Origin: Octopus sinensis
Taxonomy: Eukaryota
Assembly: GCF_006345805.1 (NCBI RefSeq)
Contig: NW_021832360.1
Coordinates: forward strand, 1-30,476
DNA length: 30,476 bases
Direction of reading: 5' to 3'
Numbering within the stretch: position 1 is the first letter of the stretch; each line of letters starts with the position of its first letter. The notes under the pieces were generated by a model. It was given only the letters and a program-made list of their open reading frames with translations. It was not told the origin of the DNA and made no database searches. Below, in pieces: positions 20,253 to 30,476 of the stretch. The position numbers and the translations under genes were made by a program.

Positions 20253-20748
20253 GGCATCAATTAGTACCTCCTGGAGGAGGTAATTCTGCCGTGGGTCAAG
20301 AGGTTGGCTTCAGGAACAGGACTTTGCACCATGTCACGCAAAAAGGTGAGAAAATAGTTATGGCTGTCAGACAATTTCTGCGACCACATCACCCCTAACA
20401 TCTGGCCACGTAACTCGCCACACTGAGACCCCCTTTAGTTCTTACGTGTAGGGCGCAGTTGAGCGAGAGACCAACAGAATTCCTTGTCAGACCAAAAATG
20501 AAATGAAGGCAAGGATTATGGCAGCATTCACCAACTTGAAGAAGGTGACCATCCAGAAGAGTTGCAGGATATTCCATAGTCGTCTCGAGTCCTTATGTAA
20601 CGCCAATCCCGATTTTAAAAATAAATTTTACTCTATGGTATTTCAAGATATTTTAATGTAATTTTGGTAAATATATCTGTTAAAATGAAATGTCAGTGTA
20701 ATTTTTTTATTTGCGTAATTTTTGCGACAGTTTATTCACGGCACTCTG
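20253..20748 (+). mobile_element. DD37D (maT-like) Tc1/mariner transposon 3' fragment with right end
   Basis: LEEVILPWVKRLA...QDFAPCH...WLSDNFCDHITPNIWPRNSPH*DPFSSYV*GAVERETNRIPCQTKNEMKARIMAAFTNLKK... The recalled family consensus has 37 residues between the second and third D; this copy has stops, an indel and a mutated third D. It ends TTATTCACGGCACTCTG. Confidence 0.8.
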
Positions 20749-20929
20749 TCTATATGTATATGAATGTATGTGTATAAATGGATAGAGAGATGAATGGATT
20801 GCTGGAGGGATGGATAGATGGGTGGATGGATGGAGGGAGGAAGGGAGAGAGGGAGAGTTAGTTGCATGCGTTGTCTGTGTGCATCTATGTATATAAATAC
20901 TTCTAATCACATATACACACTCACACACA

Positions 20930-21009
20930 CATATATATGTATATATATATCTATGTATGCATAAACATGTATGCATATATATGTTTATATATATATATAA
21001 TATATATAT

Positions 21010-21065
<56 letters not shown>

Positions 21066-21120
21066 CATCGATCGATAGATAGATAGAGAGAGAGATATGG
21101 ATAAGAGATAGATAGATAAG

Positions 21121-21187
<67 letters not shown>

Positions 21188-21196
21188 GTAGGTAGG

Positions 21197-21251
<55 letters not shown>

Positions 21252-21260
21252 ACAGACATA
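20930..21260. repeat. (TA)n followed by a long (GATA)n/(GGTA)n array
   Basis: Direct reading. Confidence 0.95.
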
Positions 21261-22039
21261 CCCAGTAAGGCTTCAATCTGTCAGTGAAATACAGCTAAAC
21301 CCATAACTGTATTGAATCGTTTTAATTAACTTACAAATATCCGAAAGATTATTTAACCTCCGGTTCCTTTCCAATCATTTCCAAAACTATTACATCTACA
21401 ACCAAACAAAAATTTGCTAACCTTTCCAACCGTAGGGTCGACACCATTTAACAGATATTATTTTACTTCGCTTGCTATTACCGCCCCACTTCCACTTCTA
21501 AATATTATAATTTATAAATCATATAATCCGCCATTTTGAGTAGCCATGAAAAATTCCTTCATTTTTCGTTGTTGATTTCTTCTTTGATTTTCCAATTTAC
21601 TTTCTTTCTACAATTTTCGCTAATACTCCTTGGAGACATTGATATATCAACTTAGACATATTCACAATTTTATGTCGGGCGCTCGAAAACCATTACTTAA
21701 TAGTATGAAAATGCTCTTGCTATTCATTTTAAATGAAGACGGAAACCAACTGACCTTTGTCACGCTTCATTGCCAAAACCGAGTCCGTTTCGTACACTTG
21801 TATATCTAAAACTGTCTATCATTGTCTATAGACTTCAAATTAAATCTACTTTATTCTTCGTTCTATTCGTATTGAATATATATTGCATGCCCACTCAGAG
21901 CGACGCATACATAGATGCACGCGTGTAGACACATTCACAATGTATACGTTCATACTTAGTCATATATACGCACCTATAAACACACAGAGGCGTGCGAACG
22001 TACACACAACCAAACGTAGGGGCACATAGTCATATCTAT

Positions 22040-22112
22040 TTAAAAAACATAGTATGTAAATATATATGTGTGTGTGTGGGTGTGGTGTGGTGTATGAATG
22101 TATAAATAAATG

Positions 22113-22171
<59 letters not shown>

Positions 22172-22350
22172 TATATATATTGAATGATCATTATATATAT
22201 ATATACATATATATACGTATATATATATGTGTGTGTGTGTATGTATGTATACATGTATATAGATATGCATATATATACGTATATATATATGTATATATAT
22301 ATATATACATACATATATATATATATATGTGGTGTGTGTGTGTGTGTGTG
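22040..22350. repeat. compound (TG)n/(TA)n microsatellite
   Basis: Direct reading. Confidence 0.92.
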
Positions 22351-22556
22351 GTAAATAATGCAGTTGTTATCTCATACAGGTTTCAATCAGATACTGTGGC
22401 CATACTGGAGCATATACATAAAAGATACTTTACATAGATAGAAAGATAGATATATGTATAAGTGCGCACATTCATATATACATGTACGTATGTGTATGTG
22501 AGCTCGTGTTTGCGCACGTGCGGTGCGTGTGTGTGGATGTGTAGGTATGTGTGCCT

Positions 22557-22660
22557 TAGAATAAGTACAAGCTTACAAAGAATAGTCCTGGTATCGATTT
22601 GTTCGACTACTGGCAGTGCTCTAGCATGGCCGCAGTCAAGTGCCTGAAAGGAATAAATGT
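22557..22660 (+). mobile_element. SINE family B 3' tail fragment
   Basis: TAGAATAAGTACAAGCTTACAAAGAATAGTCCTGGTATCGATTTGTTCGACT...GCATGGCCGCAGTCAA. Confidence 0.8.
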
Positions 22661-22756
22661 AAGTCAATTGTTGTTCAATATTTCTCCATTTTCTGTTTTC
22701 TTTATTTATACATATATATACATATATATATTATATATATACGTATACATATTCCT

Positions 22757-23141
22757 TTGCTAACCAACCACATGGTTCTGAGTTCAGTCCCACTGCGTGG
22801 CATCTTGGGCAAGTGTCTTCTGCTATAGCCCCGGGCCGACCAAAGCCTTGTGAGTGGATTTGGTAGACGGAAACTGAAAGAAGCCTGTCGTATATATGTA
22901 TATATATATATATAGTGTGTGTGTGTATATGTTTATGTGCCTGTGTTTGTCCCCCTAGCATTGCTTGACAACCGATGCTGGTGTGTTTACGTCCCCGCCA
23001 CTTAGCGGTTCGGCAAAAAGAGACCGATAGAATAAGTACTGGGCTTACAAAGAATAAGTCCCGTGGTCGATTTGTTCGACTAAAGGCGGTGCTCCAGCAT
23101 GGCCCAGTCAAATGACTGAAACAAGTAAAAGAGTGAAAGAG
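22757..23141 (+). mobile_element. young 5'-truncated SINE family B
   Basis: Lacks the first ~25 nt including the A box. Exact 21-bp TSD TATATACGTATACATATTCCT at 22736-22756 and 23142-23162. Confidence 0.95.
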
Positions 23142-23224
23142 TATATACGTATACATATTCCTATAAACACACAGAGGTATATATATATACATATACATAC
23201 ACATAGCGATATGCGGCTGTGTGA

Positions 23225-23262
<38 letters not shown>

Positions 23263-23270
23263 AGTGTGAG

Positions 23271-23309
23271 CGTTTCGCCCGGCGTGCTAACGTTTCTGCC
23301 AGCTCGCCA
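23271..23309 (-). mobile_element. isolated SINE family A head fragment
   Basis: TTTCGCCCGGCGTGCTAACGTTTCTGCCAGCTCGCC is near-identical to the heads at 1850-1887 and 10128-10165. Confidence 0.8.
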
Positions 23310-23516
23310 CAAATCCATGCACCTTCACCAGTTGGGTATCTGAATACCGCAGAGGCATAAAATGAAAGCATAGTTCAAATCGTTTATGACGTATTTTCCT
23401 GTGTTAAGTTGTCCTGTTTTTAAATCAGAAAAAAATAAGTTAATCTAATTATGGATGAAGAAGACAAATGAAATGCCGAATGTGTATGTGTGTATATATT
23501 TGAGATTATCTGTACG

Positions 23517-23907
23517 GGAAGAGGAAGCACTCCGTCGGTTACGACGACGAGGGTTCCGGTTGATCCGAATCAACGGAACAGCCTGCTCGTGAAATTAACG
23601 TGTAAGTGGCTGACCACTCCACAGACACGTGTACCTTAACGTAGTTCTCGAGGAGATAAGCGCGTGACACAGAGAGTGATAAGGCCGGCCCTTTGAAATA
23701 CAGGTAAAAACAGAAACAGGAAGTAAGAGTGAGAGAAAGTTGTGGTGTAAGAGTACAGCAGGGATCACCACCATCCCCTGCCGGAGCCTCGTTGAGCTTT
23801 ATTTGTTTTCGCTCAATAAACACTCACAACGCCCGCTCTGGGAATCGAAACCGCGATCCTATGACCGCGAGTCCGCTGCCCTAATCACTCGGCCATTGCG
23901 CCTCCAC
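23517..23907 (-). mobile_element. SINE family C2 (distinct tRNA head, tail shared with C1)
   Basis: Head GTGGAGGCGCAATGGCCGAGTGATTAGGG...GGTTTCGATTCCC. Exact 10-bp TSD TATCTGTACG at 23507-23516 and 23908-23917. Confidence 0.9.
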
Positions 23908-25002
23908 TATCTGTACGATTGTGCTTCTGAATATAATTGTTTAGTAGTGTTTTTGAGTGATGGCTTTAGTGTTGGTTATTAGTGAAGAGGTGAAAGGCCA
24001 TATTCGGTGAGGGATCCTGTTGCTATCCATAATGATTATTATAATTAATACTTAGTTTAATAATGTTATAGTTTATGAATTTATTTTATTGATTATGGAG
24101 GAGGGAATTAGATATCTCAGATTAAGTTTTATTGTGAATTAATTGAGGTTGATACAATTAAGCTGAATTAACATAAAATCAATAATTTCGTCGGTCGAGA
24201 GTTTGTTGTTTTGTATTAAATTGTTTTTACAATTAAAAAATAAATCAGAACCTTTTAGAAAATGATAAAAACAAACAAACAACTACGAAAATTGACCCAG
24301 CCAGTAGTTAATTGCTCCAGCGGCGGAGTGTTAATGATTATTTTCTATATCAGTAGATGCATAATTTGTGTGAGCCAGGGGACACTTGGTACTGATCAGG
24401 CTCAAACATCCAGAAATACGTTTTTAGTAATTTTACTACTACGTCTAGATATTTTTCTTCAGCGTCTGATGCTGTTCGATGTTTTATTACACTATACAAC
24501 TATGCGACTATACCAGAAGACCTCTCAAAGCGAATACCGCTGTATTAGCTGTTGTAACAATACATCCCACGTTGAGTAGGATACAAAGATTGCCATTCGG
24601 CATTAATAATACCTCCTTCAGTATTATTTACTCTTTACTCTGGCCATTTCCGGTATAAGTTTTCGGGCTTTCTGCAATATTTCTGCAATATTTCTGCATT
24701 ATTAAAGTTATGCAGAATGTTTTCAGAAATAGTTACATTAAGTTTATATAAGGTAGTTTCATGGTTGGCGTGGAATGAAAATCAGAAGAAATTAATGGGT
24801 AAAATGCTTAGAAGCATTTCGTCCGTATTTACTTAGTTTTGTGTCTGGTTTGCCAGATTCTTTATTATGCGAATTAGTGTGTTGAAGCAAATATTGGCAT
24901 TATGACTATACTTAAATTGTGTTGGATCAAGGGTTTCGTTCACTTTTAAGGTTCCCTTCATTTTCACTGCTTCAATCATTTCTTCTTTACTCCTCTTCTA
25001 AT

Positions 25003-25325
25003 ACTGTTCCCAAGGGCCCAACAATAATTGGCACTATCTTCACATTCTTCATTTTCCATAGCTGGTCAATTTCGTTCTAAAGAAGGTTCTATCCATCTAT
25101 CTTTTCGCCTTATTTCTTGGCTATTCATGGACCAAAAGGGCACGCAGCATCAACTATATATCATGTGTGGTGCACCTTGTCCATCATTGTATCTCACAGG
25201 ATTTGACAATGACCATTGTCAGTGACTACTTCTGGGCGTTGCGCATACCACGACTGTACATTACGCCTTCTTTGGTGACAGTACTATTTGATACAGGAGA
25301 CAAAAACAGCGTCATTGTCACACGA
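25003..25325 (-). pseudogene. R4/Dong-like non-LTR retrotransposon restriction-like endonuclease remnant
   Basis: Minus translation SWYAQRPEVVTDNGHCQIL*D...YIVDAACPF...KK*GEKID...EIDQLWKMKNVKIVPIIVGPLGTV matches the R4-clade pattern WYEHxPE..ENE..KILWD...IIDVACP..KE.EKI.KY..L..EI..LW....V.VVPIIVGALG. Confidence 0.75.
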
Positions 25326-25552
25326 GAAGAGCCAAATGAGCATAGTAATAGAAACGCGTCTTCCTTGGCGTTTGCATAAAGAAAAGCACGTAAATACCTA
25401 ATCATATAGAGTCATGGAGACAGATTCTGTTACTGGATCTTACTACTTTTGTAAATACTTCTTATTACTTCTGCAAATACATCTTTCTACTTCTTTGTGT
25501 CACCGAACTTTCTACTCACAGCGCCCGAATTTTACGTTTCTTTCTTTCTTTC

Positions 25553-25939
25553 TTTTCTTTTTACTTGTTTCAGTAATTTGACTGCGGCCATGCTGGAGCA
25601 CCGCCTTTAATCGAGCAACTCGACCCCGGGACTTACTCTTTGTAAGCCCAGTACTTATTCTATCCGTCTCTTTTTGCCGAACCGCTTAGTGACGGGGACA
25701 TAAACACACCAGCATCGGTTGTCAAGCAATGCTAGGTGTACAAACACAGACACACAAACATACACACATACATATATACGAGGGGATTCTTTCAGTTTCC
25801 GTCTACCAAATCCACTCACAAGGCTTTGGTCGGTCCGAGGCTATAGTAGAAGACACTTGCCCAAGGTGCCACGCAGTGGGACCGAACCCGGAACCATGTG
25901 GTTGGTAAGCAAGCTACTTACCACACAGCCACTCCTGCG
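25553..25939 (-). mobile_element. full-length SINE family B
   Basis: Reverse complement starts GCAGGAGTGGCTGTGTGGTAAGTAGCTTGCTTACCAACCACATGGTTCCGGGTTCGGTCCC and is colinear with 16406-16795. Confidence 0.93.
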
Positions 25940-26283
25940 TTTGGCAAAGATGTATTGAAATCCATTACGAGAAAAGTATTTGTAACCTTCTTTTGTCAAT
26001 ATTTCACCAGCCAACATATACAGAAAGTGAAGTGGAAAATTAAACGAAGTTTAGTAGTTGAGAGATTGTGATTACACATTAGTTGTTGACTAGAATACAA
26101 AGATACGTTTCATTTTTTCGCGCTTCCAAATAACGTCGGAAACAAATCAGCGTTGAATGAACGACACTAAACTAGGCAGGTGCAAAAAAGCTTCGTCAGA
26201 ACATCTTATACTAGTTGCCATCCGTGTCTAGGAATCTCGATCGACGGTGCTGACATTCCTTTGAATTATTGAGGTACGTTACC

Positions 26284-26671
26284 TATTTCTTTACTACCCA
26301 CAAGGGGCTATACACAGAGAGGACAAACAAGGACAGACACTCGGATTAAGTCGATTATATCGACCCCAGTGCGTAACTGGTAATTAATTTATCGACCCCG
26401 AAAGGATGAAAGGCAAAGTCGACCTCGGTGGAATTTGAACTCAGAACGTAACGGCAGACGAAATACCTATTTCCTTACTACCCACAAGGAGCTAAACACA
26501 GAAAGGACAAACAAGGGCATACACTCGGATTAAGTCGATTATATCGACCCCAGTGCGTAACTGGTAATTAATTTATCGACCCCGAAAGGATGAAAGGCAA
26601 AGTGGACCTCGGCGGAATTTGAACTCAGAACGTAATGGCAGACGAAATACCGCTAAGCAGTTCGCCCGGCG
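26284..26671 (-). mobile_element. head-to-tail SINE family A dimer with 184-bp period
   Basis: Units 26284-26467 and 26468-26651 plus 20 nt of head. One 17-bp TSD, TATTGAGGTACG(T/C)TACC, at 26267-26283 and 26672-26688. Confidence 0.93.
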
Positions 26672-27399
26672 TATTGAGGTACGCTACCGCTTCTCAAAAG
26701 ATTTACTTGAGAACATTGACAAATATAGGGAGCTAGGAACGAGATTAAGGGGACTAACAACGTCTAACCCCTTATTTAATGTTTTCATCGTCGACTCCAT
26801 CCACGAAACACGCTACGGAACTGGGTTCAGCATCCTACTCACTGTGGCATTCCTTTTACTTTTCTGGGAAGCATCCTTGGTTTATGCGAAACATTTCAAA
26901 GTCACGTGATAGTGTAACGCGTCGTATTTTTGTTCGTTTTTTTTTACCGCTAATGAAACGCATGTGTATCATCTCACAACCACTCTCGTATCTGAGAGGA
27001 TTTGGGAAACCCTTTTATGTAAATCCTTATTTAAACACAAAACACATGTAGTAAGATTTGTATTATAAACATATGCGATCAGTAGCTGCTTTATCCTCGA
27101 GATTCGGGATTTTGTTTCCCATCGGCGTAAAATCCAATAGCACTTTACTGTCATCTTCTAGAAAATTTTTACTTTTCATGTTGACAAAGAGTTTCCTATG
27201 GAATACGACGCTCTCATGCTGTCACAATAACTTTTTCCTACTTTATGTAATATAATTTGCTTCTCTGTGTGTAGGTGTACGTTTGATTTGTTTATTTGTA
27301 TTTTGTATCCCACCACATCGCTCGCTTGTCGGGGAAACTTTAGTATTTATACTGCGGTGTATTTTTTATGTATTTACTTTGCATTTACCTGTATATACA

Positions 27400-27645
27400 T
27401 ACTATGAGCACACTACAAAGACACACGTACATATGTATATATTATATATATATATATAATATATATATATACATATATATATGTATGTATATGTATATAT
27501 ATATGTACATAGATATATGTTTATATATGTTATCTATATCTATATATATATATATTATCTATCATTATCTATCTATCTAATATATATATCTAATTTATAT
27601 ATATATATTATATATATATATATGTGCATATATATACATATATAT
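27400..27645. repeat. (TA)n/(TATC)n compound microsatellite
   Basis: Direct reading. Confidence 0.92.
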
Positions 27646-28161
27646 AAAACCACTGAAGTCTTTGTTTACCTTCTCCTGGAAATGTACATCCCTTCAATCC
27701 TTTCGCATACATTTTTTCCCTTCAATCTTATATTTCCATATTCTTCATGAGATTTTGCTGTTTTTCTTTCTTTAATTAATCCACAAAATATATTATTACC
27801 ATAACATGCGCTATGAACATTATATGCTGGAGTTTCAATAACATTTAGAATTTTCTGTTTCCTTTCAAAATGCATCCATTTTAGTCGTAAGTTTTGTAGT
27901 AATTTTCTTGATATCAAGGTGTCTTTGTATTATTTGATTGTTTCAATCTTTTATCCGATCCAAACAACTGAGAGCGGCCACGCTGCAGCACCATCCGCTT
28001 GGTATTTTGTTTCTTCTTCATTAATTATTTCAAGCTAGTACCACTTACCGATATAAATTGATGAGACTCCGTCTTGCATAATGGGCTACAACTCCATACG
28101 TGGGTAAACATAAACTCATATATGTATACGTTCACACACACACACACATACATACCCAGTA

Positions 28162-28491
28162 GTAGTAGGAGTACTCCGTCGGTTACGACGATGAGGGTCC
28201 CAGCTGATACGATCAACGGAACAGCCTGCTCATGGAATTAACGTGCAAGTGACTGAGCAATCCACAGACACGCGTACCCCTGACGTAGTTCTCAGGGAGA
28301 TTCAGCGTGACACAAAGTGTGACAAGGCCGGCCCTTTGAAATACAGGTACAACTCATTTTGCCAGCTGAGTCGACTGGAGCAACGTGAAATAAAGTGTCT
28401 TGCACAAGGACACAACGCGTCGCCGGGAATCGAACTCACGACCTTACAATTGTGAGCCGAATACCCTAACCACTAAGCCACGCGCCTTCAC
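28162..28491 (-). mobile_element. full-length SINE family C1
   Basis: Head GTGAAGGCGCGTGGCTTAGTGGTTAGGG...GAGTTCGATTCCCGG with A and B boxes, and a (CTA)n tail. Exact 13-bp TSD TACATACCCAGTA at 28149-28161 and 28492-28504. Confidence 0.93.
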
Positions 28492-28949
28492 TACATACCC
28501 AGTAACTCACTTGCACACACGACAAATACATATATCTTATTTATCGTTCATGTTCATACGACTTTTACTTATTTATGCTTTAAATTTTGTATTTGTGCGT
28601 ACGTGCTTCCTTGCGTAGTGGAGTCTGTGTATGTATCTGTTTTCCTCCGCCTTCTCTTTCCTTTATTTTCGGCCGGGCGTCAAACAAATTCATCATTATG
28701 GCTGGATAAATCCGTTTCGTTTGCGGCTTCTCTAAACGTCGAATATACACGACTCTTTCGAATCTCTACCATCATAACGAAACACAATGTTCCCTTCACA
28801 TCCAACAACGATGTTCTGCGAGAAGCTTTTTAATAATTCACGACCGTCGCTCAGTATTCTTGGAACCATTTTATAAGCGACACAAATCATTGAGCATCAC
28901 AATGTTCTTACTTCAAGTGAGATTTACACGCTGTTCGAAAAAAAAATTC

Positions 28950-29370
28950 TATATGTACAAATGCCAGTAATTTCACCTGGCCTTTTTGCTTTCAAGTTTT
29001 TACAAGTTTTGGTTGCGAATAATTCCTCGCTCATAAGCTTCGACAATTTGAGCATTCATGCAATCATGGCACAACTAAAACGTATTTGACGGCATAAAAG
29101 ATGAACGCTCGCATTTCAGCAATGCATATTTACGAAAAGTAGCGCCAGGGATAAAACTGGCTTAAAGAAGGCCCAACATCGCATATAAGATGCAGTGAGG
29201 TTAAATAAGATAAACAGCAAAATAGTATATACCCGATGACTTCATATTTAATTCACAAAGAAATCACATTCCGTAGAGAATTCTGTAGTCTCAGGTCTAG
29301 CTTAGACTTCTTTGATATTTCGCAAATATTCCTGCGATGTTTCTCCATTTTCATCACAAATGACTATCAT
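28950..29370 (-). pseudogene. possible very decayed mariner transposase remnant
   Basis: Minus strand gives IVICDE(K)W-like and MK..GIYY-like echoes of the mariner IVTGDEKW and WW..KGIVYY motifs. Heavily disrupted. Confidence 0.25.
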
Positions 29371-30019
29371 TCCGGTTGAAGCTTAGATTTAATTTCAGGT
29401 TTGAAGACAAACTGTTAAATAGGAAATAACCTAAACTGTTTCGTTTACTTTGTAGCAATTTGTAATCGTTTTATATTTTTCTTCGCATTCATAAGATATT
29501 CTTTCTTTCCTGACACCACATGTCTATTCCATCTGAAGTAAAAGCATTCATTTATTGTGAAACTGTACATGGTGTCTTCGAAAAGTAGCTTTTTTCAGCT
29601 ATAAATATATACAACAATGTAAATTATGTACGCTACATCTGAGGCTGAGTCGCAAAACCACGAAACGGTCTGCCAGGAGAATCATTAGTTTATATACACT
29701 AGTGTACATCGAATACATAGAAGGATTCTCTTCGCAATCTTAGAATGTCTACCTACTGTTAAAACATTCTACTAAAAAATTTGTTTCAGTCTTCGCTCTG
29801 TTATGCATGTATGCATGTATATATATTATATATATATATATATATATATTATATAGTATATATATATATACATAATATATAAGTAAATAAATGGCACAAC
29901 GAAGTACCGATATTTACTGGAAAATAGCAAACGTAATAAATACCGCTAATGTATAGCTTCACTGAGTATATACTAGTAAAGATGCGTGTGTGCAACAAAC
30001 ATGAAAAACACTGTCTTAC

Positions 30020-30034
30020 CTCTAGGAAGAACAT
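30020..30034 (-). other. candidate 15-nt frame-preserving microexon (MFFLE in phase 0 or xVLPR in phase 1)
   Basis: Minus strand TTTCTAGGTTTTTCATTTTTCAG|ATGTTCTTCCTAGAG|GTAAGA shows a strong acceptor and donor only 15 nt apart. Confidence 0.4.
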
Positions 30035-30476
30035 CTGAAAAATGAAAAACCTAGAAATGGATAATTCAGTACCGGTTTCAGATTCTTTAAAATACGTTTG
30101 CCAACGTATATTTGATTTATCTTCATCAGCTGCATATACCTCGACAATATTTCAAATGTTGCCACATCTATGCCAGTACATCTGCTAGTATAGTTGACGT
30201 TATGCCATAGTCATACGGTGATAAGTTAACATGACGTTGGCTAAAACACTTCTCTCAGTTTTGAAACTACAAAGAAATCAATGACCGAACATATATGAAC
30301 TATCGACAGTCACCATTTACCTAGGCATCACAACAACTATGTCGAAGAATAATTCTTCCTTCTATTTAATATAAAAATTTGTTTGAAACGTCGTAATATT
30401 AAAACAGAGTTTCTGCTATGAAGCGTTTGTGAAAATTCTATTCAGACCCAGAGATAAGGCACTTGCAGTGTACAAA

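Noticed and set aside
18538-20748. Tc1 5' fragment and DD37D 3' fragment as one composite transposon
   Set aside because: They are on opposite strands, have different terminal sequences and belong to different transposase families.
26770-26900. Possible mariner HPPYSPDLAP echo
   Set aside because: It requires several assumed indels and is not distinguishable from noise by eye.
28400-28491. tRNA-like heads (also at 23840-23907 and 16406-16480) as tRNA genes
   Set aside because: They have A and B boxes but no complete acceptor stem, and they continue into SINE bodies bounded by TSDs.
29636-29672. CTGAGGC...CACGAAACGGTC hammerhead-like string
   Set aside because: The core is incomplete and neither stem I nor stem II pairs convincingly.
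53-29900. The many YI/IY/CV/HT-rich ORFs in the six-frame track (e.g. 6580-7101, 13271-13705, 20707-21276)
   Set aside because: They are translations of (TA)n, (TG)n and (GATA)n microsatellites, which lack stop codons in some frames; there is no protein-like composition.
30085-30130. Minus-strand CTGATGA followed by GAT-AA-ATC
   Set aside because: No GAAA follows stem II and no stem I forms.

Overview
AT-rich, repeat-saturated animal genomic DNA, most likely intronic or intergenic sequence from an octopus or other coleoid cephalopod. That assignment is inferred from recalled octopus-type SINE families and the very high microsatellite load, not from a database search. No intact protein-coding gene is visible; nearly all ORFs in the supplied track are microsatellite or SINE read-throughs. 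The window contains about 20 copies or fragments of at least four tRNA-headed SINE types (called A, B, C1 and C2 here, plus older types), several with exact target-site duplications (TSDs). It also holds two non-autonomous Helitron-like elements, pseudogenised fragments of Tc1, DD37D/maT, mariner, CR1 and R4/Dong-like elements, and two small candidate exons. The most interesting signal is a set of three minus-strand minimal type-I hammerhead-ribozyme-like motifs (3966-4012, 3853-3903, 12371-12406). They have the palindromic stem III typical of Penelope-like-element dimeric hammerheads but non-canonical cores (CCGAUGA, (C/G)UGUCGA). Other notable items are a TSD-bounded SINE dimer with a hairpin junction, modular SINE chimeras, fold-back SINE palindromes, a block-conserved ~220-bp duplicated non-coding element and a 15-nt frame-preserving microexon candidate.
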